This document shows positions 26,604-41,604 of a DNA stretch of 64,000 bases, piece after piece. The stretch is taken from assembly GCF_009914755.1 (NCBI RefSeq), contig NC_060945.1; one strand, given 5' to 3'. The notes under the pieces are model-generated. The model was not told the origin of the DNA, ran no database searches, and worked only from the letters and a program-made list of their open reading frames with translations. A program made the position numbers and the translations under genes. The stretch comes from the human T2T-CHM13v2.0 reference genome, Homo sapiens. Within the stretch, counting starts at the first letter, position 1. Every line of letters begins with the position of its first letter.

Positions 26604-28906
26604 AAGGACCTTATTTCACCAAAACTGTGTGAAATTCACTTTCTCTTCAAGTTTCTCAACCTCTTATTCTTTGAGTCTTGGTTAGGTCTATTCTGGAAAC
26701 TTCTCATATATGCCTGGACAAGACTATGTTGCCTGAGAATGGGCACAACAAATCTCTGAAATCACTTGGAACATGGGCATGATTCCTATAAGGATATTGT
26801 TCTAAAAATGTAATTACTTTTATTCAGAGACAATCTATGGAAACAGAATCAAAATATATTGAGCATTTCTACCTTATCAGATATTATCCCAGTGACTTAC
26901 AATTTTCACTTAAAATACTTTTTTCCTATTTTAAGAACAGATGTGAGCCATCTGTTTTTAATCAAAAATCCATATTAAATTACACCTTTAATTCTGGTGA
27001 TAAGTAGGAAAAACATCTAAATGTAATTTGACTTGTGTATGTGGTTTCTTCATTAGGTTTATTCCCTTTTAGACATGTCAAAACCTCATTGTCTTGAATG
27101 CTGATGATGTAATGAAGAGATTAAGAATTTGTATACCATCTAAACCATGAAGAGGCACAGGAGAAAATCTGAATTATACAAGCATGTGCTGAGAGAATCA
27201 TTAAACGATTTGGTTCATTTAACATTATATACCCATGTGACTCTTCCATATTTTCGAGCAAGAATAAATTTGAGACAACTGTTGAATTTATTGTTCATTT
27301 ATTTTACTTTAATCTATGTATCTACCACAGAAGTCTGGGTTAAAGAATCAAAATATTTTATGTGTCTAATACACAGTCTTTAAATACAGATTTAAGAGGT
27401 AATTATTGTGTAGGATATAGAAAATGTTACATTTATTCCGATATTTATGGGTAAATTCATGACCACGGAGGAAGAACTTACCCTAAATGATTGAAAGCTT
27501 TTCTGTCAAAGTAGAATTTACCCTCCATTTACAGACAGGCTAGACTATTATAGGGCCTGGTCCCTGGAATTTCTTCATTGTTACAAGAGCACAATAAAGA
27601 GATATTTCTCTCCCTGCTCATTAGAAGCAATGCCAGCACAGCTCTGCAGAGCCACAATTCCAGATTACACGAGGGATAAGAAAGGAGAGAGGAGATTAGT
27701 GCAGCTGAGATGATCCTCCTTTTTGGCATTTTCCCTCTTGAGAAAACACTGTTATGCCTTTGATGCCACCTTTCTACTCTGGCTATTTGGAGATATTCAT
27801 AATCTATATCACAACCCTGACCTTGGCCCCAGATAGTCTCATCTTTCCAAATAACAGCCAAAGATTTGTAGCAGGGCTGCATTCATAATAGATGCAAAAT
27901 TAAATTCTACTAAGTCTCATGTTTTTTTTTTTGCTTTCGTATTTTTATCATGTAAACAACATGGCATATTCCAAAGGCTTAAAGGATAAATCCTAGAGAA
28001 ACACACATAAGTTGAAAGAGGTAAATCTGCAGGACTGGAGAAGGAGAAGCTGTAACCATTCTGCAAGTGTAGCAAGGCAGGAGCCAACTCAAGTTTTTTA
28101 TATTCTATCAGAGAACAAGCAAATCACTGAAAGAAATTCTGAATGTGATGTGCATCCCAACCAAGCAGGGGACATAAGGCAGGTTTTCCTTCTAGGTCAG
28201 AAAACCAGGAGGAGAGAGAGCCTCATGCAACTTAGATACCAGAGCCCAAGAATCAGACAGACAGAAAGACCTCCTTACATTAGGATATGGGGTGTGGCGG
28301 TGTCACGGTGGGATCAGTTACAGAACAGTTGCTTCATAATGCTGCCAAGTGCTGAGAAAAGTTATGCCAGACAATGAGTCATCAGGCACAGAAAATTATT
28401 GGACTATGTCAAAATGCTTTCTCCTAAACAGCAAAGTCTTCTGACAACTTGGGAAACATGACTTCTGCTCTTGTCTGGTACAGAGAAGAGGGCTGGGGGG
28501 AGCTTCCAGAAAACTGAATAGCACATACATCTCTGAAAGACAAGAAATAACAACACAAATAAAAAGGCAAGATGATATTTTTAAAAGAAAAGAATTGAAA
28601 CAAAAACATTTGTTGAATGTTTATTGATTAGTAATTATGTAGTGAAACTCTTCTACACACTGGGGATACATCAAGTTCCAACTTCTCACACTCAGGTGAG
28701 AGACCATAAACAAATAAATGATTAAATGATGTTGTATGTCATAAAATAGTACATTTTAGAAAGAAAGCAAAGTAGACAAGGACAAGAGTCCGTGAGTTTG
28801 CATGTGTGGGGAGTGGGAATAGGATTGCAATTTTAAATAGGGTAGAAAGGCTGGCTTCCTTGAGAAAGTAACATTTGAGCACATTGATTAAGAAGGTGAC
28901 CAAGTG

Positions 28907-29807
<901 letters not shown>

Positions 29808-30182
29808 GCCACTGTGGCTAGTGTAGAGTGAGCCAACTTGTGCCTAGCAGGGGATGAGATTAGCGATGCAAGACCACAGTAGCCCTTTTAAGTCACTGTT
29901 ACAACCAAGACTGTTGTCTGAGAATAAGAAAATATCAAAGAAAGTGATAAGAGGGAGGAGATAATATGATAGGTTTTAAGAGTATCACTCCAGTTGCTAT
30001 AGTAGGTGACTTATGTTTCTTTCTACAATTTCTCTAAACTGTCTACATTTTTCATATTATATTCATAATTAAAATGACAGGTTTTTTTTCCTCGAAGCTA
30101 GTTCCAGGAGCTAGAACAACATTTTCATCTTCTAGGACAGTGACAGACCTGACAACAGTTAGGCATTGGCACTCTAACAACA

Positions 30183-30677
30183 TGTAGCATAGTCTAAATC
30201 AGGGGTCAGCCATTGTGACCTGAGTTCGGAAAATGCCAATATAAAAGTCACATGCTGACTGCTGTGTGGCAATAACCACTCAAATGGTAAAGTATCTCAT
30301 GCAGAGAAGATCAAGAAAGAGATATTGTCTCATCCAGCTGCCTGAAAAGGGAAAATATTCAGACACTTTTCACATTCTTCCTATGATCTTGAAAGTCACT
30401 GAACACTCCTCAAGTATTTTGCTTTTTTTATTGTTGTTGTGAGAAAAGACACAGATGGAAGTCACAGGCTGTGACCACAGTCCATTGTTCTTAAGCAAGA
30501 TTCCTCAGGAAACTTTGTGTTCCTACCCAGAATGTAAATGATCTGTTACAACAAGAGAACAGTGTCTGGAATGTTTGCAAATTACCTTTGAGATGTCTCT
30601 CTTCATCTAAAATTATCCTTACTTGTTCTTAATGTTTCCATACTAGCAAAAATAAATCCAGCACTGCATTGCTGCAA
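30183..30677 (+). mobile_element. Possible old ERV solo LTR
   Basis: Terminal tgtagca...tgctgca with AATAAA near the 3' end; family not recognised. Confidence 0.3.
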
Positions 30678-31219
30678 AATAGGTAGAAGTTGTAATTGAA
30701 TAACCTGTTGAAGCCACCATTTCTGCCCAGACAAGTTATTGTCAATGTCATTGTTTTTTGGTTGGGCTGTGGGTCCATGTGTGGGTCAACATATAGCTTA
30801 AATAAATGTAACCCATAAATGACTAGAAGAGGGCTATGCTTGAATTAATAATGACACTGTTCCACGGCTAATAATAATAAATAATTCTTTTCAGTGTACC
30901 TGAGGTCTATTTAAAAATATATTAAAAAGTTAAAAGTTGGTAAAAAACAAATTAGCTGCTGTTTGTTACTTGGTATCCTGGGTCATCTTCCCTTCCATGA
31001 TAAAAATCTGAAAGAACTATAGGCCAGTATTGTTTAATTTTAAAACAAAATTAGAAAACTTGAAGTTTAGAATAAAATTCAAGCCATGGTTTTCCCTTAC
31101 TTTGTATTGTATTTATTAAAATGTTTTCAAAGATGAAACTTTTTGAATGTTTTCAGAGTTCCTGAAAAAGTTAAATAAGTCACTTCTTGTTTGTGTTTTG
31201 TGGGCTTTTGTTTTGTTGT

Positions 31220-32480
31220 GTTTTTAAATAAATTTTATTTTTTAGAGCAGTCTTAGCTTTACAGCAAAATTGAGCAGAAGGTATATATTTTCCATATATT
31301 CTCTGCCCCCACATATGCATAACCTCCCCAAGTATCAACATCTCCCACCAGAGAGGTATATTTCTTATAATCAATGAGCCTATATTGACACATCGTTATC
31401 ACCCAAAGTTCATAGTTTATATTAGGATTCGTTCTTGGTGTTGTAAGTTCTATGGTTTTGCAAAAATGCATAATGACATGTGTTCACCATTGTAGTATCA
31501 TACAAAGTAGATTTACTGCTCTAAAAATCCTCTGTGTTCCACTTGTTTATCCCTCCCTTTTCCCCAAGTCCTGGAAACCACTGATTCTTTTACTGTCTCC
31601 CTCATTTTGCCTTTCCATAATGTGATTTTGTTAAAATCATACAGTATTCAACCTTTTCAGATTGTCTCTCAGTAATACGCATTTAAGTTTCCTCGATGTC
31701 TTTTTATGGCATCATAGCACTTTTTTAGTGCTGAATAATATTTCATTGTGTGTATATACCACATATTCTTTATTAATCTACTGAAGGACATCTTGATTGT
31801 TTGCATGTTTTGGCAGTTATGAATAAAGTGCCTATAAATATGCACGTAGACTGTGTTTTCAACTCATTTTGGTAAAAACCAAGGTGTGTGATTGCTGCTA
31901 AATACCAAGATGTGTTATTACTAAATATGGTAAAAACATATTTAATATTGTCAGGAACTGCTCATCTGTCTTCCAAAGTTGCTTGGCAATTTTGCATTCC
32001 TACCAGAGACAAATGAGAGTTCCAGCCAGCATTTGGTGCTGCCAGTTGTCAATTTTATGTCAATACATAAAATCAGTATGTATTTTAAGAGCCACCAAAA
32101 TGTTTTGGATATTGACCATTCTAATAGGTACATAATGGTAGTTCATTGTTGCCTTAATTTGCATTTTCCTCATGGAGCAACTTTTCATCTACTTTTCCAT
32201 CTTTATATTTTCTTTGGTGAGGTGTCCATTAAGGTTTTTTAAAGTGTTCTTTGTATATTTTGGATATCTGTGTTTTATCAAACAATGTATTCTGCAAATA
32301 TTTTCTCCCAGCTTGTAGGTTGTCTATTTACTTTATTAACAGTATGTTTTACAGAGAAAACATTTTTGATTATAATGAAGTCAAGTTTATTAATATCTTT
32401 CACTGAGTATACCTTATCTGGTCTTGTATCTTAAAAGTCATTGCCAAACTCGAGGTCATCTAGATTTTCTACTAAGCAAT
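31220..32480 (-). mobile_element. L1MC-like 3' fragment
   Basis: ttttagagcagtcttagctttacagcaaaattgagcagaagg 3' terminus; ORF2-type antisense sequence to ~32480. Confidence 0.8.
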
Positions 32481-35400
32481 GTTTTTCAATAAGTAAGAAA
32501 TTAAACACAGTCAAAAAATTTCTAAATTTTATTTAATATTAATTGACTAAACTTAAAATGAGTATTAAAAAATAATGATTACATTTTTGTTATTCTGCTG
32601 CAACCCTATATGGACATATTTCATAGAGTTTAATCAATTTTCACGTGTCACACTGGGTGAGAATTTCTTAAAATTGTACATTCCTAAGAGTTTTATCTTA
32701 GCCTAGCCTACAAGGAAGAATCAGCATGCGGTACGTGAATTTAAGTATAGTATTATGAGGAAGTAAAGGTAACACACTTCAACTGGTTACCAAGCAAATT
32801 CTTCAAAATTTCTACTTAGCTGTTGGTGTTACTGAACACTTTCAGAAGTTTGCCACAACTTCTGTCGCTTTCACGCGGAGCGCAAAAGAAGTTGAGACAA
32901 ACAAAAGTAAGTGTTAGTTTCAGTTGAGAAAGACTCACGAGTAAGTCTCATGTCATTTATTACCTCTGATTGAATAGCCCTATGGGTGATGAACAAGGTT
33001 GCCAGGTCATCCACCTCAGATAATAAGAACAGAAAGCAAACACTATGAAAAGATTTTGTTTTGTTCATAGTTTCAGATTTCTGTTATATACAGTCAACAT
33101 GTTTTAAAGACGGTTTACTAATTTCTTAAAGAATGAATATGTGCAAATGAAGATCAATGAACATCTAAATCATGTTTCAAAAAGAGACAGTAATACTGGC
33201 CAATTGCCAGCTGCTTCTATCCATCCCTCCAGTTACTACGACAGGTAAAAATGGAGATGATAAATAATGCTCCTTCAGGAAAAAGGTGGCAAATTTGGTT
33301 GATGGGGTAAATGCCCCATTTGCTTCTTTCTTTGTTCATTGCATTTGAATTTTTTAAAAAAAAACTCCTTTATTTAATTTTTTTAGAAAACCTGGTCTTA
33401 GGTGCCCACTTAAGTTCATATGAGAAGGGTTTGGAAGATTGAGATAAATGGTTGCATTTCAGCTTTATTCCTCTATCCATTGTCTCTACAGGAATAGACA
33501 ATGTACCAATGAGACAATAATTTGCTTGGTGGAAATACTGCATTACATCCTCTCATATGCTTTTCATGTGTACACCAAACCTGCTTTTCTGGAAATAGTA
33601 ATCCTTCCCTGAAAGCAAGACAGAGACTGCCTGGAGGAAGGATGCAAAGATAAGAGAAGAGCTTCAAACTTGTTTAGCTGTCAACTTCTGTTCTCAATCT
33701 TGATGTGTTATTACTTCCCCTCAAGTTCTCTCAGCTGTTTCCTAGAGATTGAACATCTCCTCCCTACCACGTGCTGCTAAGAAACTCTCTTATTTGCTTG
33801 ATTGCTACTGTCATTGTTATCATCATTTGTCTGAGGAAACATTATGGTCTTTGCCATGCTCTAAAGAAAATTAATTTGTTCTTTTCATAAGGCAGTGAAT
33901 AATTACTTTTTATTTTAAGATTATGATCTAATATTAATCACTCTCATTTCCTAGACTTCTGCTACGTAATGGCTGCCCTTGAATTTTTTTTCAAAAGTTT
34001 GTACAGTGAGGAATCCTTTCCTCCCTCAGTACCTCTATCTCCTCTTAATTTTTAGAGGAGTACCCCAGAGAGGTTCATCCACAGCCAAACACAGAAGACA
34101 ATGCCTAGGTATAGTTGACTCACAGCCTTGATGAAATGCTGCATTCTTTAATACCTTAGATAAATGACACTGAAGTTGTTATCCAATAATATATTTTTTC
34201 AGAGCATGGACATATCAACATCTTTTATCTCTCCAATCAAAATCTTTACAAATGACAAGCATGCAAAACTCCTCATGATACAGAATAAGATGTAAAAACT
34301 GAAAAACTTCTCATGATTTAATTCCTTCTGATTGATATAATATACACAAATCATTTCTTGAGAATGACTTGGGTACTGATGTATCATGGTATGCTAGGAA
34401 CAGTCATCAAGTCTATCACTTTCCCAGATGAATAAATGATGCTCACATGGCAGACGGCAATGTGTTCTTGACCAGTCAAGCAAGGTTTTCCAAAGATCCC
34501 CTATGACACCTTCTTCTTACAACCTCCTTACTCCTCAGACCTTAGATTGGCATTCTAACAATTCCTGATTTATATTTCCATAAGGAAGGAAGCCCTAACT
34601 CAGATATTGAGTAGGAGCAAGGAATGATCATTCTTTTTTGCCTATCATTCTATAGCAATCCATAAACCTCAGTTTCTTTTTTCTTAACCTAAAAGAGTTT
34701 AGTTTCATTACTGCTGGTGTGGAACACACATTTGTTACCATGACCCAGACTTTTCTTGAGTTATAATTACTTCTATGTGATCCCTACATTGGTCTGAATG
34801 CTTTCCCGAAGGATTCTTTAAAACAATATAAAACACATTCTCAAAAAGTGTTATCATTAGCTTTCTTATAGGTTTAATCAATGTATAATTTTTCCATGCA
34901 TACATTAGAATCTATACTTGGGTATTGTAAAATATTTCTATTGTAATATTTTTGTGCAACATAATGCATATTTAAAATGCACTAAGCACCTGCTTTATAG
35001 AAAAGTGCTCAAGTTGGAAAATAAGAAAATAAGAAAACCCAATGATATTTAAAGATGAAAATATAAGTGATCTATTCTACTTTCATTTGAGTCCTTGTTT
35101 TTAAAATAGGTAAATTAAGACTAGTAAATTTAAAAATGTTATTATTAAAAAGACAGTAAAACATACAGTCAAATAGTTTTAGGCTTCAGAAAATAGTTTT
35201 TTAGAATTGGAATAATCTTCAATGGTCCCAAATATGTCTTGAATCATATGGGAATAGCAACTAGGTTTGTTAGTGCTTTATCCATGGTCAATCACTAAAA
35301 GAAAGAAACTGTAACTGAGTTTATCGAGGTCTTATAAAGATTTATCCAACTATAGGAATAATCCTTCAATAAATGAATAGCATTACCAATTATAGTCTGT

Positions 35401-35760
35401 AAAAAAGGAATTGTCCTTGGACTTATTTTAAGCAAATGCTTATCTCTAGAAAGTCTATTGGGAGAACAGTCTTGTTACCATGCATCATTAGGCAATTGGC
35501 AGTGTGCATGTCAGCAGATTACAGAATTATGGCTCCCAGTGGTCTAACCAGTTTTCTTCAAGAATGCTACTAAAATCAATATCAACAAGGAACAGGATCC
35601 AGATTTTTTAAGGGCTGACAACAGCTAATCTATGTTGTGAGACATCTCCCCAGTCTGTGTTCAGGCAGCATGTGCTCTAAAGTTTGAAGAAACGGAGCCA
35701 ATAGAAGCCTAGGCAGAAGTCATATACAATGGAAAAAGGAAAAACAAAATGTTAAGACTT

Positions 35761-36043
35761 GGCTCACGCCTGTAATCCCAGAACTTTGGGAGGCCGAGGG
35801 GGACAGATCACGAGGTTAAGAGTTTGAGACCAGGCTGGCCAACACAGTGAAATCCCATCTCTACTAAAAATACAAAAAATTAGTCGGGAGTGGTGGTGGG
35901 CGCCTGTAATCTCAGCTATTCAGGAGGCTCAGGCAGGAGAATCGCTTGAACCCAGGAGGCAGAGGTTGCAGTGAGCTGAGATCAAGCCATTGCGCTGCAG
36001 TCTGGGCAACAGTGCAAGACTCCAACTCAAAAAAAAAAAAAAA
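35761..36043 (+). mobile_element. AluS (Sg/Sc-like), slightly 5' truncated
   Basis: ggctcacgcctgtaatccca...gatcacgagg...poly-A; TSD-like acttgg on both sides. Confidence 0.92.
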
Positions 36044-36474
36044 ACTTGGAATTAAAACAATGCCATGTGGTACACTGTATCTAGAGTTTATTTGGATATT
36101 GTTTTAAATACTCAATGAAGTTTATATTTTTATAGGTATTAAAAAGTGACTTTTTTTTGACTTAGAAAAAATACCTTTATGTATTTTAAGAGCCACTAAA
36201 ATGCAAAATCCAATTGCTTGCTCAATTTGGAACCTAAAAGTTCCAAACTGGAGTTAGAAGAAAGGGAATTAGAACACCTCTCTTTCAAGGTCTTGAGCCT
36301 ATTCAAAAAAGACTCAATATGACAGTCTGGTAGTATGGGAAACACTCTTGGTGTCTGCTGCTCTGGTCTTATGCCTAAAACTCTACCTGCATTATCTTCA
36401 GATAACTTAGATAGAACTACTTTCTTTGAATGATTAAAGGTCTTTTAATTTTAAATACTGTGTAAAACATTAAG

Positions 36475-36730
36475 AAAATAAACTTGAAGTTATGTAGAAT
36501 GAAAAAGGCTAGAGGTTTGATATACAGCATGAAGACTATAGTTAATACTGTACTGTATACTGAAAATCTGTTAACAGAGTATATTTTATGTGCTCTGAAC
36601 ATACACACACACACAAGCAACTATGGATCATGATGCGCAAATTAATTTGCTTTACTATAGTATTAATTTCATTATATTTATGTATATTAAAACAGCATGT
36701 TGTACATGTTAAACGTATTCAATGATAAAG
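36475..36730 (+). mobile_element. L1MA-type 3' terminal fragment
   Basis: tacagcatgaagactatagttaatactgtactgtatactgaaaat...catgttgtacatgttaaac. Confidence 0.65.
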
Positions 36731-37464
36731 AAAATGGAAATCATCGCCTTTGTATTTGAGATTTAAAAAAGAAACTTTGCATATGTGACATTTTGTATTC
36801 TTATAATGTTAAGAGAATTGTGGCCCTGAAACTGCAATACATAGTTCCCATTTACAGGTTCAATTGCAGAATTGATTTAAACTTAGGATTTTAGATTAAG
36901 CTCTTTCTAAACTTGTTGATACAATTATAACATTATTGAGAAAATAAAGTCTACCATATTTAGTCACAAAACTTTCTTGCTTAAAAATAAAATCACATAT
37001 ATTGTTTATAGTGCTTATTAGAATGTGTGAAGGTATTAAGTCTGCAGATGGATAAAACTACTCCAAAACCTCTCAAAAATGACTGATTCAATTCAATAGA
37101 TTAAAAACAGAATTAAATAAATGTTTTTATTTATAAATTTAAAAATTATAATACAATTGTTCATACAAAAAATAAATATTTCTTAGGTCTATTTTGCATG
37201 CAGAAATTATTCTTAAGTCGGTATTTTATTTAATTATTATTTTATATTTTTACAGACTTGCCTTCAGAGTTCTGTAGGTATTTTAAAAACTCATATCATC
37301 AAGGGAAAGGTACATAATTTGGTGCATGTTTCTGTGCTGAAGGTGTTCTTTTTACAAATCAAATATCAGGTTTCTGGCGTCTAATCAGCTTTCTGATATC
37401 AGGTAATAGAAATGAATTGGCAGTTATATCAGGATCTGGGAAAAGTGAGTATCTCTAAACATAT

Positions 37465-37543
37465 AACACCCCCACACACCTACCCACCCCATATCCACGC
37501 ACATCCCCCAACACACACACATACACACACACACACACACACA
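37465..37543. repeat. CA-rich / (CA)n microsatellite
   Basis: Read directly. Confidence 0.85.
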
Positions 37544-37572
37544 ACCTATTTGTGAGACTTAAAAACATCTCT

Positions 37573-37921
<349 letters not shown>

Positions 37922-39162
37922 CTATATCTGTAAACATATCTGCTATTATTATTTCTGGTTAAATGAAAGTGAAATATAAACCAGATGAAAAAATCATCTA
38001 AAGAAGATATCTTTAATAACTAAAACATATATCTTAAACGACTTAATTGCCGCGTTTTTGGGGTTTGAAAATAGATATTCAACAGAAATATTTATTGATA
38101 ATTTATCTTTTATTTTTATTTGCAAATCGCTAAGTCTTTTATCCAAATAACATAAAGGCTCTAATTCAAAATATTTGTATGTATTTTAAAAATATTTTAA
38201 TATAGAAAAAAGCTCAGAAAGATAATTTTATAACTATGCTGCAAAACACTGTTTTTATATATCCTTGTATTTTTCATGTGTTTTTCTTAATTTAAAATGT
38301 TCATGAGATAATATTTGGAATATTCCACACTATCCAAAGAGAAGAATAAGACAAAAGCTATAATAAAAATGTTATGTTATGTTTGAATAAGCCAAGCATA
38401 AAAAATAGGTTCCGTATATTGTTCAGATTTTTGTCAGTTATAAACTAAAAATAGTTTAATCTAAAACTTTAAATATTATCTACTTAAAAATTAAAATAAA
38501 ACATAATGTGGTATTTCTATGATTTTTGCAGAGTAATTTTTAGACATTAGCTATATTTTTAAGGTAATAATCCTCTTAAAAATGACTAATTAATGTAGCT
38601 GAGTTGATTTTCCTAATTTTTACTTCAAACTTCTTATTTTTTAGGTTAGTGCACTGATATATTCTTTTTCATTGTATTTTTTAAATTCATAAAAATATAT
38701 TTTATACTATGCTGCCAATTTGATAAAAGGAATGATTGAAAAATTCATTTACAACTTATGCAAACCAATAAGTAACAGGTGGCTGGTAATTACTGATTTT
38801 TTATACATTTATTCTTTTTTCTGCACATGCAAATATAAAATAGAATTTCCTATCAAGCAAGGATTTCTCCTTGGGTTCTTCTGTCCAACATGGGAATTAG
38901 TGCCCAATAGTACCAGATAGTAGAATAGTTAAACAGGAAATAACCTAGATAAGATGACATTAAAACTCTTTCTTCTTTCTTCTCGCCTTTTGAAAAGGCT
39001 TTCATGTTAAATCAAAACAAAATATACCTCAACAAAAACAAAATAAAACAAAATAAAAGCATACCCAACATAGCAAATAGTGCAGTACAATAATTTATGG
39101 ATATCCTGTCCATACCAATTCATTGTGAATTCTTACTCATAAAGAAATTACTTTTAAGCTTT

Positions 39163-39232
39163 TATGTATATACATGTATATATATATATGCACACATATA
39201 TATGTGTGTATATATATACACACACATATGTA
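39163..39232. repeat. (TA)/(CA) low-complexity microsatellite
   Basis: Read directly. Confidence 0.85.
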
Positions 39233-39599
39233 CACTACTGCTTATTAGTTAATAAGCAGTGCTTATACATTACTTATAATGCATTAGTTATTAGTGCTTA
39301 TACATTACTGCTATGTATGTATATATATGCACTACTGTTTATTAGCATTAAGATATATATTTTCTATAGGGTTTAAATCTGTAAAACTCAAAACGCTATA
39401 CAGGCATTATCATATTGATTCGGCACCATAATTTTGATACATGAAAGGCAGGTTTTTTCCCCATACTATTGACGAAGAAACGAAAGTACAAACCAGTTGT
39501 TTTGTCCAATAGACTAAAGAAATAAATTAGAAAGTCTCACCATAACTTGTTCCCTCTGCAAACTTCATCTAGATAAGCTAATACTTGCAAATACCAGTT

Positions 39600-39810
39600 A
39601 TTCATTTTAATGTATCCAACCAGCACCATGTACTGTACATGATCCATCTTATTAAACTTAACAAAAATCACATGAGGAAATATCCATTTTAGTGATGAGA
39701 TGCTGAATACTAAGGAGTGAAATTTGTCCCCAAAGGTCAATAGTGGCAGTAAGTGGAAAAGCCATGACTCAAAACAGGCATTCCAATGTCAAACCCTATT
39801 CACTTACTTA
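39600..39810 (-). mobile_element. MIR fragment
   Basis: atccattttagtgatgagatgctga...aaggtca...agtaagtggaaaagccatgactcaaa is the MIR core in antisense. Confidence 0.6.
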
Positions 39811-39823
39811 AGCCCCTGGATGC

Positions 39824-40180
39824 CTATTAGGGATGGAATTATGTCCCCGCAAAATGCATAGATTAAAGCTTTACCTCCAATGTGACTGTATTTGGAGATA
39901 GGGCTTTTCAGGAGGTAATTATGGTTCAATGAGATCATAATGACTCTAATTCAATAAGACCGGTGTCCTTATCAGAAGAAGAAGCAGCACACCAGGGGAT
40001 GATAAGGCCATATGAAGACAGAGTGAGAAAACAGCCATCTGCAAGTTAGAGAAGCCTCACCGGAAACACTTCTGTTAGTGCCTTGATCTTGGACTTCCAG
40101 CCTCCAGAACTGTGAGAAAATAACTTTCTGATGTTTAAGCCACTCAGTCCCTGGTATTCTGTTACAGAAGCCAGAAAGGA
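39824..40180 (+). mobile_element. MLT1A/B MaLR solo LTR
   Basis: ccaatgtgactgtatttggagatagggc...ccttgatcttggacttccagcctccagaactgtgagaaaata. Confidence 0.8.
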
Positions 40181-40259
40181 CCACTTCACTGGTATCTAGT
40201 TCAGTGATTTGTTCCCAGGCCTGATTTTGGTCCTCCCCATGCTGTCTTTAAGATGTGTA

Positions 40260-40767
40260 TTTTTTTTTTTATACTTTAAGTTCTAGGGTACATGTGCTCA
40301 ACGTGCAGGTTTGTTAACATATGTATACATTGTGCCATGTTGGTGTGCTGCACCCGTTAACTCGTCATTTACATTAGGTATTTCTCCTAGGGCTATCCCT
40401 CCCCCTTCCCCCTACCCCACAACAGGCCCCGGTGTGTGATGGTCCCCACCCTGTGTCCAGGTGTTCTCATTGTTCAATTCCCACCTGTGAGTGAGAACAT
40501 CTGGTGTTTGGTTTTCTGTCCTTGTGATAGTTTGCTCAGAATGATGGTTTCCAGCTTCATCCATGTCCCCTACAAAGGACATGAACTCATCCTTTTTTAT
40601 GGCTGCATAGTATTCCATGGTGCATATGTGCCACATTTTCTTAATCCAGTCTATCATTGATGGACATTTGGGTTGGCTCCAAGTCTTTGCTATTGTGAAT
40701 AGTGCCGCAATAAACATACGTGTGCATGTGTCTTTATAGCAACATGATTTATAATCCTTTGGGTATA
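40260..40767 (-). mobile_element. 5'-truncated young L1PA 3' end
   Basis: tatactttaagttctagggtacatgtgc...; ORF 40412-40717 MFIAALFTIAKTWSQPKCPS; TSD atgtgtatt. Confidence 0.93.
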
Positions 40768-41341
40768 TGTGTATTCTTAAAGAAAACAGTTGTGTTCATA
40801 CTTCCTGTTCCTTCTCCTTTTTTTTTTAATTACTGTAAGTGAAGGAAATATTTGAAGGCTGTTAATGATTTGTGCTTTTGTAATCAGGGGTGAAGAAACT
40901 TTTATTTTTTGCTCATTGAACCTGAAAGGACTTATGCTACAAATGACATGATTTCCTTTAGTTATCTGTGTCTCTACCCCACATGTTATGTATCAAGTGT
41001 CTTCCTTACTGCTGGTCATGTCTCAAAGAGCAGTATTAGTAGCAGCAGTTGTCACAAAAAAACATATTGACAATGGAACAAGCCACCAGAAAATAATGGC
41101 TTGAGCCAAAGATTGTAGTAGTGGCTACATTGTTACTATTAATTTTGTAAATATTTAATTTGCTCACAATTTCAAGTAACACTTACGTTTCAACTCCTCT
41201 ACCCAGCCATACGTATCTCTGTGTGTTTCTGACTGTATACATGTGTGTGTTTGTTTGCATACACATTCTTGAATTGACATTAATATCTTTGAAGATTTCT
41301 CTAAGGGACTGAGGAGGGTGAAGTAACATGAGCTTGATTTC

Positions 41342-41604
41342 TTCTTTATATATATATATATATATATATATTTTTTTTATTATACTTTAAGTTCTAGGGT
41401 ACCTGTGCACAACATGCAGGTTTGCTACATATGTATACATGTGCCATGTTGGTGTGCTGTACCTACCAACTCATCATTTACATTAAGTATATCTCCTAAT
41501 GGTATCCCTCCCCACTCCCCCCACCCCACAACAGGCCCCGGTGTGTGATGTTCCCCTTCCTGTGTCCAAGTGTTCTCATTGTTCAATTCCGACCCATGAG
41601 TGAG
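41342..41604 (-). mobile_element. 5'-truncated young L1PA 3' end with (TA)n in its tail
   Basis: ttattatactttaagttctagggtac...; 13-bp TSD tgagcttgatttc at 41329-41341 and 41605-41617. Confidence 0.93.

Noticed and set aside
27529-28377. 117-aa and 121-aa ORFs in non-Alu sequence
   Set aside because: No domain similarity, no coherent splice structure, and within the chance ORF length range for a 64-kb six-frame scan
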